DNA of 64,000 nt from an uncultured Candidatus Saccharibacteria bacterium (GTDB taxonomy: Bacteria; Patescibacteriota; UBA1384; XYA2-FULL-43-10; CAINNR01), in contig CAYRLY010000001.1 of NCBI GenBank assembly GCA_964425445.1, positions 5,537-69,536 on the forward strand. Direction: 5' to 3'. The position numbers and the translations under genes are program-made. Positions 28,151 through 36,459 of the stretch are shown piece after piece. Below the pieces are notes generated by a model that saw nothing but the letters and a program-made list of their open reading frames with translations, was not told where the DNA came from and did not search any database. Positions within the stretch are counted from its first letter, which is position 1, and each line of letters begins with the position of its first letter.

Positions 28151-29590
28151 ATGAAAAAAGTTTTTTACATCACAACCCCGATTTATTACATTAATGATGT
28201 ACCTCACATCGGTCATGCTTACACAACAGTTGCCGCTGACGTTCTTGCTCGTTATTACCGAGGCAAGGGAGAAGATGTCTTTTTTTTGACTGGTGTTGAC
28301 GAACACGGCGCGAAAATTTCCGAAGCGGCGAAGAAGGCCGGGTTGGAGCCAAAAGATTTTGCAGATACATTGGTGCCAAGATTTCAAGAAGCGTGGAAGA
28401 ATTTAAATATCGAATATTCGGAATTTTTTCGAACGACTGACCCGAAACACGAAGAAATTGTCAAAAAACTGATACTTGACCTCAAAGAGCGCGGTTACGT
28501 TGAAAAGAAAAAATATACAGGCCTTTATTGTACGGCCTGTGAAAAATTTCTGTTGCCAGATGAGCTCAAGGACGGGAAATGCCCGGATCATGGAACCGAA
28601 CCGGAGAAACATTCTGAAGAGAATTATTTCTTTCTGCTCTCAAAACTTACCGATAAATTATTGAAGGTCGTTGAATCCGGAGAGGTTGCAGTTTTACCAC
28701 AGTCACGTAAAAACGAGGTAATCGGAAAAATTAAATCCGGGCTTGAAGATGTTTCAATCTCGCGCGAAAAAGTTGAATGGGGGATACCGTTTCCGGGTGA
28801 TGATTCACAGACAATTTATGTTTGGATTGATGCGCTGATAAATTATTGGTCTGCGACCAAAATTTATCAAGTCGAAAGTCGCAAGTCGAAAGTCGCAAGT
28901 GATGGAATCTGGCCGCCGGACATTCATCTAATGGCCAAAGATATACTTTGGTTTCACGCAATCATTTGGCCGGCGATGCTGCTGGCGCTAGATATACCTC
29001 TACCCAAAAAAGTTTTTGCTCACGGATTTTTCACCGTTGGCGGGCAGAAGATGAGTAAAACTCGTGGCAATGTGCTTGACCCGAATAAATTGGTTGAGAA
29101 ATTTGGAGCTGACGCCGTTCGCTATGCTCTACTGCGCGAATTTCCTTTCGGCGAGGACGGCGATATTTCCGAAGAGAAAATTGCTCATCGTTATCAATCC
29201 GAGCTTTCAAATGGGTTAGGGAACCTGGTACAGAGAACAATAAGTATGGTTAATAAATACAATGTCGAAATCCGAAATCCGAATGACGAAAAAAATCCGA
29301 AATCCGAACTGGGAAAAATCGGGAAACTTGTTGAAGAATTGAAATTTGATCAAGCATTGCAAGAAGTTAATAGTGAAATTACAAGGTTAAATCAATATAT
29401 TGAAGAAAATAAACCCTGGGAACTGGCAAAGAAAAGCAAAGATGAACTTGTTTTAATTTTGACTAAAGTGTATCAAGCATTGGAATCTTTGGTCTTGCCA
29501 TTGTCGATATTTATGCCGCAGACGGCGGAGAAGATGAAAAAACAACTCGAAGTTCTTGAACCAGAGCCTTTGTTTCCAAGAATAGACTAA
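28151..29590 (+). CDS. metG: methionyl-tRNA synthetase (compact form)
   Basis: PIYYINDVPHIGHAYTTVAADVLARY (HIGH); KMSKTRGN (KMSKS); zinc knuckle CTACEKF...CPDHG. Confidence 0.92.
   Translation: MKKVFYITTPIYYINDVPHIGHAYTTVAADVLARYYRGKGEDVFFLTGVDEHGAKISEAAKKAGLEPKDFADTLVPRFQEAWKNLNIEYSEFFRTTDPKHEEIVKKLILDLKERGYVEKKKYTGLYCTACEKFLLPDELKDGKCPDHGTEPEKHSEENYFFLLSKLTDKLLKVVESGEVAVLPQSRKNEVIGKIKSGLEDVSISREKVEWGIPFPGDDSQTIYVWIDALINYWSATKIYQVESRKSKVASDGIWPPDIHLMAKDILWFHAIIWPAMLLALDIPLPKKVFAHGFFTVGGQKMSKTRGNVLDPNKLVEKFGADAVRYALLREFPFGEDGDISEEKIAHRYQSELSNGLGNLVQRTISMVNKYNVEIRNPNDEKNPKSELGKIGKLVEELKFDQALQEVNSEITRLNQYIEENKPWELAKKSKDELVLILTKVYQALESLVLPLSIFMPQTAEKMKKQLEVLEPEPLFPRID
28868..28900 (+). repeat. 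GTCGAAA/GTCGCAA heptamer tandem repeat (4 units), in frame in metG
   Basis: aagtcgaaagtcgcaagtcgaaagtcgcaagtg, translated QVESRKSKVASDG. Confidence 0.6.
29264..29308 (+). repeat. CGAAATC heptamer repeats (two pairs), in frame in metG
   Basis: gtcgaaatccgaaatccgaatgacgaaaaaaatccgaaatccgaa, translated NVEIRNPNDEKNPKSE. Confidence 0.55.
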
Positions 29591-29605
29591 ATTAATCGGA
29601 GGGCT

Positions 29606-30445
29606 ATGACTTTAGCTTTAATCGCTGCTATTGGTTATGCCGGCGGGATTGTTGTTGACAAGATCATACTTTCGCGATATCGGATCCCGGTTAAGCGTTT
29701 TGTCCCATTGCTTTTTATCTGGTTAGCGACAATCACTGCTTTTTTATTGCCAAAGTTTGGTGTTGTTGATTGGTCGGTTTTTGGAACAACGAAATATCTG
29801 CTTTTATTCTTAGCGATGTTTGCGGTAGCTATAACATGGAACTCTTTCTATTATCGAGGAATTCAAAACGAAGAGATTCATGAATTTGAGCTGGTGATGT
29901 TGTTGTCCCCACTGGTTACGATTGTTCTTTCGGAGATTTTTCTGCCAAGCGAGCGAAATATCGAGTTATTTATTGCCGGTGCTGTCGCTTCTATTGCACT
30001 TATTCTTTCTCGATTTAAACATCATCATCTGCAGATAACGAAGAACACTAGTATAATTTTTATCGCCATGTTCTTTATGTCTGCCGAGTCGATAATCATT
30101 AAAATGTTGCTTGATGTATTCTCGCCCGTTGCGCTCTATTTTATCCGGACTGCAATCATGGCAGTGATTTTTCTCATAATTTGGCGACCTAAGTTGCTCT
30201 CTGTGCCGGCCCGATGCTTCGCTTATACCATAATCTCTGCCGTTTTTGGTGTAATCCAAATGGTATTAAAGTTCTATGGTTTTGCCAAACTTGGCGTTGT
30301 TGAAACAACGATAATCTTGGTGCTTGGACCGTTTTTGGTTTACTTTTTCTCCGCCTTTTATTTTAAAGAGAATTTGAAAAAGCGTGATATAATTGCAGCA
30401 CTGATAGTTATCGCTAGCGTTTTATATGTAACTCTATTTAGGTAA
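29606..30445 (+). CDS. DMT-superfamily (EamA-like) membrane transporter
   Basis: 10 TM helices in two 5-TM halves. The family call is an inference from topology. Confidence 0.45.
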   Translation: MTLALIAAIGYAGGIVVDKIILSRYRIPVKRFVPLLFIWLATITAFLLPKFGVVDWSVFGTTKYLLLFLAMFAVAITWNSFYYRGIQNEEIHEFELVMLLSPLVTIVLSEIFLPSERNIELFIAGAVASIALILSRFKHHHLQITKNTSIIFIAMFFMSAESIIIKMLLDVFSPVALYFIRTAIMAVIFLIIWRPKLLSVPARCFAYTIISAVFGVIQMVLKFYGFAKLGVVETTIILVLGPFLVYFFSAFYFKENLKKRDIIAALIVIASVLYVTLFR

Positions 30446-30448
30446 ATT

Positions 30449-31237
30449 ATGTTTATTGATACTCATGCACACTTAGACTTTCCAGAGTTTAAAAATGAAG
30501 TTCACCAGGTCTTGGGCCGGGCGAACTCTGCTGAAGTCAAAAGAATTATAAATGTCGGCGTTGATGTCGATTCCTCGAAGAGATCCGTTGATTTAGCTCG
30601 CAAATATCCTGAAGTTTATGCCGCGTGTGGAGTACATCCTCATTCTGCTAATGATCTCGATATCGAAGCCAATCAGAAACTGCTCTCAATTACTAATCAT
30701 CCGAAGGTGGTGGCGATCGGTGAGATCGGTCTGGACTATTACTATCTCAAGCGTTCGTCACAATTTTCCAAATACCCTTCGCGCGAAAAACAAATTTTAT
30801 GTTTTGAACAAATGCTTGATCTCTCGGTTGAATTACGACTGCCGGTTATTATTCATTCACGTGAGGCTGATTCCGATGTTTATGCAATTTTAAAAAGCTA
30901 TCAAAAAGATATTCGGGGCGTGGTTCATTGCTTTTCCTCCGATTGGGATTTTGCAAAAAAAATCCTCGATTTAAATATGGCAATATCATTCACCGGTAAC
31001 ATCACTTATAAGCAGGGCACAGAGGTCGAGCGAATTATTAAAGAGCTTCCACTTGGATCGATGATGATCGAGACTGATTGTCCGTATCTTGCGCCGGAAC
31101 CGTTTCGAGGCAAGCGTAATGAGCCGGCTTACGTTGTCAAAGTTGCAGAGGAGATTGCTAGAATTAAAGATCTGCCTTTGTCTGAAGTCGAGCGCCAAAC
31201 GACTAAAAAAGCGATGACACTTTTTGGAATAAAATAA
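30449..31237 (+). CDS. tatD: TatD-family metal-dependent hydrolase/DNase
   Basis: MFIDTHAHLDF start plus conserved HxH and GEIGLD motifs. Confidence 0.85.
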   Translation: MFIDTHAHLDFPEFKNEVHQVLGRANSAEVKRIINVGVDVDSSKRSVDLARKYPEVYAACGVHPHSANDLDIEANQKLLSITNHPKVVAIGEIGLDYYYLKRSSQFSKYPSREKQILCFEQMLDLSVELRLPVIIHSREADSDVYAILKSYQKDIRGVVHCFSSDWDFAKKILDLNMAISFTGNITYKQGTEVERIIKELPLGSMMIETDCPYLAPEPFRGKRNEPAYVVKVAEEIARIKDLPLSEVERQTTKKAMTLFGIK

Positions 31238-31242
31238 TTTTG

Positions 31243-31298
31243 TTGACTCATTCGACCATGACCAGAGTCAACTCTGAATGGCCAACAACAGAGTTGAC
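31243..31298 (+). promoter_or_regulatory. operator-like array of three GTTGAC-containing motifs, including a self-palindrome AGAGTCAACTCT
   Basis: gttgactc (31243), gagtcaac within agagtcaactct (31264-31275), cagagttgaca (31288-31298); followed by TTTACA, 17 nt, TATATC and the ATG. Confidence 0.45.
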
Positions 31299-31355
31299 AA
31301 AAAGTTACCTAAAATGTTACCTTATTTACAGGTAATTCTTTAAATTTATATCATA

Positions 31356-31565
31356 ATGAAAAACATTAACGTAAATGAACTACAAAACACAATTTCACAG
31401 GTAATGCGCGAAGTTGAATCGGGTGAGGTTTTTGAAGTAAGTCGTTATTCCAAGCCGGTGGCTTATTTAGTGCCACAACGTGAGTATGAAGCAGCTGTTT
31501 CCGGCAGTGGCTGCAAGGCTTGTATGGCAGATTTACGAAAAATCGCAAAAGAAATTAAAAAATGA
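31356..31565 (+). CDS. Phd/YefM-fold antitoxin-like small protein (69 aa), translationally coupled (ATGA) to iscS
   Basis: INVNELQNTISQVMREVESGEVFEVSRYSKPVAYLVPQREYE matches the Phd/YefM N-terminal domain pattern; no cognate toxin gene adjacent. Confidence 0.6.
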   Translation: MKNINVNELQNTISQVMREVESGEVFEVSRYSKPVAYLVPQREYEAAVSGSGCKACMADLRKIAKEIKK

Positions 31566-32827
31566 AAAGAATATACTTAGATAATTCAGCTACTACTCCG
31601 ACCGATCCGGAGGTTTTAAAGGTAATGTTACCGTGTTTTTCTGATGATTTTGGTAATCCTTCGTCGATTCACAATTTTGGTCAAAGTGCTAGATCAGCAA
31701 TCGATGAGTCAAGGGTAACAATTGCCAAGTTTCTAAATTGCAAATCAACGGAAATAATTTTTACTTCCGGCGGTAGTGAATCGGATAATCTCGCCCTAAA
31801 GGGCGTAGTTGAAAGTCTAAAGCCTCAAGTTAAAAACCGAAAGCCTCATGTGATTACTAGTGCTTTTGAACATCATGCAGTTTTGGATACCATTAAAGAG
31901 TTGGAAAATGACGGAGTGGTTGAAGCCACATACATTAAGCCCAATTCTGACGGGATAATTAAAACTGGAAGTGTTGAAAAAGCGATCAAAAATAATACCG
32001 TTCTAATTTCAATTATGTATGTCAATAATGAAATCGGTACGCTCCAGCCGATTAGAGAGATCGGACAGATGATTGAAAGAATCAATGAAGCAAGGAGTAA
32101 GAAGCAAGGAGTAAAAAGTGGAAACAAAATCCTTACTTCTAACCCCATACTTCATACTTCTGAAAATTCGTCGCGGATTTTTTTTCATTCAGACGCGGTT
32201 CAGGCGGCAGAATATTTTGAGATGAATGTTGATTATTTACATGTTGATCTACTTTCGATGTCAGCACACAAAATTTATGGACCAAAAGGTATCGGCTTGC
32301 TTTATATTCGTTCTGGAACGCCGATAAAACATCAGATTGTCGGAGGCGGTCAAGAATACAAAAAAAGGGCGGGAACGGAAAATGTGCCGGGAATTGTTGG
32401 CTTTGCGAAAGCAGTAGAATTAATAAATTCTAAATCCGAATATCGAAATTCAAAATTCAATATTCAAGAACTTTGTGATAGATTAATTGATGGTTTGTTA
32501 GAAATTCCAAAATCAAGGTTAAATGGTAGTCGGGAGCAAAGAAGTCCGGCGAATGTAAATATCTCGTTTTTAAATGCCGAAGGAGAGTCGATTTTGCTGA
32601 ATCTGGATATGGAGGGCATTGCTGCTTCAACCGGCTCTGCCTGTACTTCCGGATCGCTCGAGCCGTCGCATGTGCTTTCCTCATTGGCTTTGCCGCCAGA
32701 GGAATGCCATGGTTCGGTTCGTTTCACACTTGGAAGACAAACTAGCGCTGAAGAAATTGATAAAGTTATTTTGGCAATGAAAAATATTGTTGAGAAATTA
32801 CGCAAAATGAGTCCATTAAAAATTTAA
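31562..32827 (+). CDS. iscS: cysteine desulfurase (IscS/NifS class)
   Basis: IYLDNSATTPTDPEVL start; PLP-lysine SAHKIYGPKG; C-terminal GSACTSGSLEPSHVL active-site Cys loop. Confidence 0.9.
   Translation: MKRIYLDNSATTPTDPEVLKVMLPCFSDDFGNPSSIHNFGQSARSAIDESRVTIAKFLNCKSTEIIFTSGGSESDNLALKGVVESLKPQVKNRKPHVITSAFEHHAVLDTIKELENDGVVEATYIKPNSDGIIKTGSVEKAIKNNTVLISIMYVNNEIGTLQPIREIGQMIERINEARSKKQGVKSGNKILTSNPILHTSENSSRIFFHSDAVQAAEYFEMNVDYLHVDLLSMSAHKIYGPKGIGLLYIRSGTPIKHQIVGGGQEYKKRAGTENVPGIVGFAKAVELINSKSEYRNSKFNIQELCDRLIDGLLEIPKSRLNGSREQRSPANVNISFLNAEGESILLNLDMEGIAASTGSACTSGSLEPSHVLSSLALPPEECHGSVRFTLGRQTSAEEIDKVILAMKNIVEKLRKMSPLKI
32088..32119 (+). repeat. GGAGTAA-containing 11-mer direct repeat, in frame in iscS
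   Basis: gcaaggagtaa-gaa-gcaaggagtaa-aaagtgg, translated EARSKKQGVKSGN, in a low-complexity insertion. Confidence 0.5.
32428..32468 (+). repeat. CGAATAT / CGAAATT / CAAAATT heptamer tandem repeat, in frame in iscS
   Basis: ttctaaatccgaatatcgaaattcaaaattcaatattcaag, translated NSKSEYRNSKFNIQE. Confidence 0.55.
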
Positions 32828-32865
32828 AATCCCGCCATGGGCGGGAGTCGGTCTTGCGGCATGAG

Positions 32866-33129
32866 TTACGCCGCAGGGAAGATAGTGCGGAAGCGCTCGA
32901 TGACCCGCTCGGTCATCTCAGTACCGTAGGTCTCGCGGTCGGTAGCGTCTCTGACCCCGTCAGTCTCGTGGTCCCAGCACTGGTCGAGGTATGAGGAACC
33001 GCAGGGGTTGGTCTCGCCGATATTCGAGCGAATATGCTCTTCGGTGAGCTCCCCCCCATCCTCTTCGGTGATCCTCTTCGCGCGTACGAGCATGCCGTCA
33101 ATCTGTTCGTCAGAAATACTGCTTCTCAT
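32866..33129 (-). CDS. GC-rich small acidic hypothetical protein (87 aa)
   Basis: ORF track; GC-rich; flanked by the cccgccatgggcggg and tgcggc-atgagttac-gccgca hairpins on the iscS side. Confidence 0.35.
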   Translation of the reverse strand: MRSSISDEQIDGMLVRAKRITEEDGGELTEEHIRSNIGETNPCGSSYLDQCWDHETDGVRDATDRETYGTEMTERVIERFRTIFPAA

Positions 33130-33207
33130 GGCGTTTCCTCCGATTTAGTTTTGGACGCTAAATATTTGTAACATAAAATAATAAATCTGTCAATAATAAG
33201 GAGTAAA

Positions 33208-33624
33208 ATGGAAAATATATATAGCGAAAAAATTATGGATCACTTTCGCAACCCGAGAAATCTTGGGGAAATTGCTGACGCCGATGGTGTTGGTGTTGTT
33301 GGCAACCCAAGGTGCGGTGATGTGATGAAAATGTATATTAAAGTCGAAAGTCGAAAGTCGCAAGTCGGAAAGACCGAGGAATTTATCAGAGATATTAGAT
33401 TCCAAACTTTGGGCTGCGGAGCGGCGATCGCTTCCTCGTCAATAGCGACCGAGATGGCAAAAGATAAAACTCTTGATGAAGCGCTAAAAATCTCCGGTAA
33501 GGACATTTCACGTGAAATGGGCAAATTCCCCCCGGCAAAATTTCATTGTTCGATCTTAGCTGAAGAAGGAATAAAAAAAGCCATCGCTGATTATAGAAAA
33601 AACGAAGTAAGGAGAAAAAAGTAG
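33208..33624 (+). CDS. iscU: Fe-S cluster assembly scaffold protein (IscU/NifU N-terminal domain type)
   Basis: MDHFRNPRNLGEI...GNPRCGDVMKMYIKV...FQTLGCGAAIASSS; all three conserved Cys present. Confidence 0.85.
   Translation: MENIYSEKIMDHFRNPRNLGEIADADGVGVVGNPRCGDVMKMYIKVESRKSQVGKTEEFIRDIRFQTLGCGAAIASSSIATEMAKDKTLDEALKISGKDISREMGKFPPAKFHCSILAEEGIKKAIADYRKNEVRRKK
33340..33372 (+). repeat. GTCGAAA/GTCGCAA heptamer tandem repeat, in frame in iscU
   Basis: aaagtcgaaagtcgaaagtcgcaagtcggaaag, translated KVESRKSQVGK. Confidence 0.6.
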
Positions 33625-33626
33625 GA

Positions 33627-34430
33627 ATGAAAGTTTTTGATGGCCGAAAAATTCAAAAAGAAATCCTGGCTAAGATTAAGAAACGGCTAGAAAAAATTGA
33701 TTACCAGCCAACACTAGCGGTGATTTGGGTTGGCAATGATCCGATCTCTGCTCGGTATGTGGCAATAAAACAACGAATTGCTGAAGATTTGGGGATACAT
33801 TTTGATATTTATAAATATTCGACCGATGTCGAAATCGAAGAGTTAATTTCAAAGATTAAGGAGTTAAATCTGGAGAAAAAAGTCGATGGGATAATGATCC
33901 AGATGCCACTTCCGAGTCGAGTTGATTCAATAAAAATAATTTCAGAAATTGACCCCAAAAAGGATGTTGACGGGCTTAGAATGTGTGCTGATCTTGTATG
34001 CGAGATAAGACCGCCGGTAATAAAATCGGTGCTTATGGCAATAAAATCATCCGGTGTGGATATCAGGAAAAGCAAGGTAGCAATTGTTGGTAAGGGTTTC
34101 TTGGTTGGTGCACCACTTATTAAAATCCTGCAACAATTGGCTCTCGAGCTTAATGTTGCCGATATAGAAACCCCATACATTGGCACTATGACTGCCGATG
34201 CTGATATTGTGATCTCAGCGACGGGCAAAGCCGGTCTCATCACTTCGGATATTGTCAAGGATGGAGTCGTGATAGTCGACGCTGGTACCTCGGAAGTTGG
34301 CGGAGAACTTAGGGGGGATGTCGATCCTGAAGTTTACAAAAAGGCCTCGCACTATACTCCAGTCCCCGGTGGAATTGGTCCGGTAACCGTGGCAATGTTA
34401 TTTAAGAATTTAATTGAAAAATTGAAGTAA
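33627..34430 (+). CDS. folD: bifunctional methylenetetrahydrofolate dehydrogenase/cyclohydrolase
   Basis: KIDYQPTLAVIWVGNDPISARYVAIKQR and the FolD-typical C-terminal TPVPGGIGPVTVAML. Confidence 0.9.
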   Translation: MKVFDGRKIQKEILAKIKKRLEKIDYQPTLAVIWVGNDPISARYVAIKQRIAEDLGIHFDIYKYSTDVEIEELISKIKELNLEKKVDGIMIQMPLPSRVDSIKIISEIDPKKDVDGLRMCADLVCEIRPPVIKSVLMAIKSSGVDIRKSKVAIVGKGFLVGAPLIKILQQLALELNVADIETPYIGTMTADADIVISATGKAGLITSDIVKDGVVIVDAGTSEVGGELRGDVDPEVYKKASHYTPVPGGIGPVTVAMLFKNLIEKLK

Positions 34431-35566
34431 TGAAGCTAGCTGTTGCGATGTCCGGAGGCGTTGATTCTTCGGTAGTAGCTAAAATTTTAAAAGATCAGGG
34501 CCACGATCTAGTCGGTTTATTTTTAAAGATGTGGTCTGACCCGACCTGCTCAGCTAAAAAGGAGAATCGTTGTTGTGACTACGAAGCGCTTGAGGATGCA
34601 AGAGTAGTAGCAAAAAGTCTTAATATTCCTTTTTATGTTATTAATGCTGAAAAAGAATTTAAGAAAATGGTTGTCGATTATTTCCTTGATGAATATAAGA
34701 ATTTACGGACTCCAAACCCCTGCGTTGTTTGTAATAAAAAAATCAAATTTGATCTTCTTTTGCGCAAAGCGCTAGGGATTGATTGTGACAAGTTGGCAAC
34801 CGGACACTACGCCAGAATTGTCGAGGACAATTCTGGAATTTCTAAATTCGAAATCCGAAGCACGAAACAAAAAAAATCAAATTTCAAACTATTAAAAGGA
34901 ATTGACGAAACAAAGGACCAATCCTATATGCTTTATTCTTTAAATCAGGATCAACTTGGGAAAATTATCTTCCCTATTGGAGGAATGAGGAAAAAAAATG
35001 TTCGGGATTTAGCGATTAAATGGAATCTCCCAGTTAAGGAAAAGCCGGAGAGCCAGGAGATCTGTTTTTTCGCTGATAGAGATTATCGCTTATTTTTAAA
35101 AAGATATTTGCCGAAGAAATATTTTCGATCAGGTGACATTGTTGATACTAATGGTAAAAAAATTGGAAAACATGAAGGCTTGATAAATTACACAATTGGA
35201 CAGCGGAAAAGGTTGGAGCAAGAAGTATGGAGCAAGAAGTATGGAGATAAAAAACCATTATATGTTATCGGATTTGATATCAGGAATAATCAGTTAATCG
35301 TTGGCGAGGACAAAGATGTTTATTCGGATAAAATGGTGGTGACAGATTTAAATTTTATCCATGATTCACAATTCATAATTCATTATTCTAATCTTACAGT
35401 GAAGATTCGCTATCAACATCCGGCTGTGGAGTGCCAGATTGAAAATATTTCTAACAAAGAACTAAAAGTAAAATTCAAAAAATCCCAGAGAGCAATAACC
35501 CCGGGTCAATCAGCAGTGTTTTATCTAGAGGACGAGGTCATTAGTGGCGGAGTAATTGAATCTTAG
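34430..35566 (+). CDS. mnmA: tRNA-specific 2-thiouridylase
   Basis: KLAVAMSGGVDSSVVA PP-loop; catalytic Cys residues; C-terminal beta-barrel. Confidence 0.9.
   Translation: MKLAVAMSGGVDSSVVAKILKDQGHDLVGLFLKMWSDPTCSAKKENRCCDYEALEDARVVAKSLNIPFYVINAEKEFKKMVVDYFLDEYKNLRTPNPCVVCNKKIKFDLLLRKALGIDCDKLATGHYARIVEDNSGISKFEIRSTKQKKSNFKLLKGIDETKDQSYMLYSLNQDQLGKIIFPIGGMRKKNVRDLAIKWNLPVKEKPESQEICFFADRDYRLFLKRYLPKKYFRSGDIVDTNGKKIGKHEGLINYTIGQRKRLEQEVWSKKYGDKKPLYVIGFDIRNNQLIVGEDKDVYSDKMVVTDLNFIHDSQFIIHYSNLTVKIRYQHPAVECQIENISNKELKVKFKKSQRAITPGQSAVFYLEDEVISGGVIES
34835..34868 (+). repeat. TTCTAAA/TTCGAAA/TCCGAAG heptamer-like repeat, in frame in mnmA
   Basis: ggaatttctaaattcgaaatccgaagcacgaaac, translated SGISKFEIRSTKQ. 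Confidence 0.5.
35214..35243 (+). repeat. tandem duplication of the 15-mer GGAGCAAGAAGTATG, in frame in mnmA
   Basis: ggagcaagaagtatg occurs twice, translated LEQEVWSKKYGD. Confidence 0.6.
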
Positions 35567-35639
35567 ATAGTTGCACATTCTACTTTATCTTTTTTTTAAT
35601 TTATTTAAAAACCCCGACGCAATGATCGGGGCGGGGCTG

Positions 35640-36206
35640 TCATCCGCTAGTGACCTTCTGGGCCAGGCGGATGATCTCTGATAGAGGGTGGTGCCGACGC
35701 ATCCTCAGCACCGACCATGGGAGACGTATGTCTCTGGGTTCAGGATTCGAGGAGGTGCTGACCACCGGTGTTCCATCATTGGTCTCTTCAGACTCAGGGC
35801 CAGGCTCTAGATATGGGAGGTCGATTACCGGCATGCCATCCTCGGCCTCCTCGGGCGTGGTAGCGAAGACGATCAGACGTTTCTTGATCTCCTCGATCGT
35901 CTCGCCGGTGATCTTGGCGATCTTATCAAAAGGAATCAGATCGGTGACGACACCCGCCGGTACCGGTCCGCCGGAGGCAATATCCCCGGCATTGTGTTGG
36001 AGAAATACAACATCGCCAACACCGAGCCGGAAGGTGATCCGACTGGCGGCTCGAATCGCCACGATCTCCTGTTCTTTGCCACTTATATCGGGGAATGGTA
36101 TGAACTCTACTCCACAGTCGGCGGTTCCGATTATGGGGCTATCCGACACAACGACGATTCTACCTTTGCCCATTCCAAAGACTCCCTTCGGGGGATTCAT
36201 GCTCAA
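35640..36206 (-). CDS. GC-rich hypothetical protein (188 aa)
   Basis: Protein-like minus-strand ORF (GVFGMGKGRIVVVSDSPIIGTADCGVEF...). The overlapping plus-strand ORF is Ser/Arg/Pro-rich, as expected for a wrong frame in GC-rich DNA. Confidence 0.4.
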   Translation of the reverse strand: MSMNPPKGVFGMGKGRIVVVSDSPIIGTADCGVEFIPFPDISGKEQEIVAIRAASRITFRLGVGDVVFLQHNAGDIASGGPVPAGVVTDLIPFDKIAKITGETIEEIKKRLIVFATTPEEAEDGMPVIDLPYLEPGPESEETNDGTPVVSTSSNPEPRDIRLPWSVLRMRRHHPLSEIIRLAQKVTSG

Positions 36207-36308
36207 GATTTTTATAACATAATACTAAAAAATAGTCAATGGTTTTTTCGGTAACTGCCCCCATTACTATCATTATTTAGAGGATCTCTCGACAAAGCTC
36301 GAAATGTA

Positions 36309-36345
36309 CACCTATTCCCACACCCCGTAGGTGTGGGAATAGGTG
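36309..36345. repeat. perfect 16-bp inverted repeat (hairpin / palindromic protein-binding site) upstream of recG
   Basis: cacctattcccacacc-ccgta-ggtgtgggaataggtg; no T-run follows. Confidence 0.55.
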
Positions 36346-36459
36346 TGAGAACCCCGTGCTTGAACAAGTCAAGAGATCCTTCACTATGTTCATGATGACA
36401 CAAGATCGAGTGAGCAGTTATTTTTGGTGCCAATTGTTGCTTTGTTGTACAATTAAGCC

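Noticed and set aside
32828-32865. Similarity between the iscS-downstream hairpin cccgccatgggcggg and hairpin 1 of element B (tccgccatggcgga)
   Set aside because: Both are short palindromes built around CCATGG. The resemblance may be coincidental, so it is not used as evidence for a third element copy.
35650-36222. 190-aa plus-strand ORF overlapping the GC-rich minus-strand gene
   Set aside because: The Ser/Arg/Pro/Gly-rich composition is typical of an out-of-frame read-through in GC-rich DNA. The minus-strand frame has a protein-like residue distribution.
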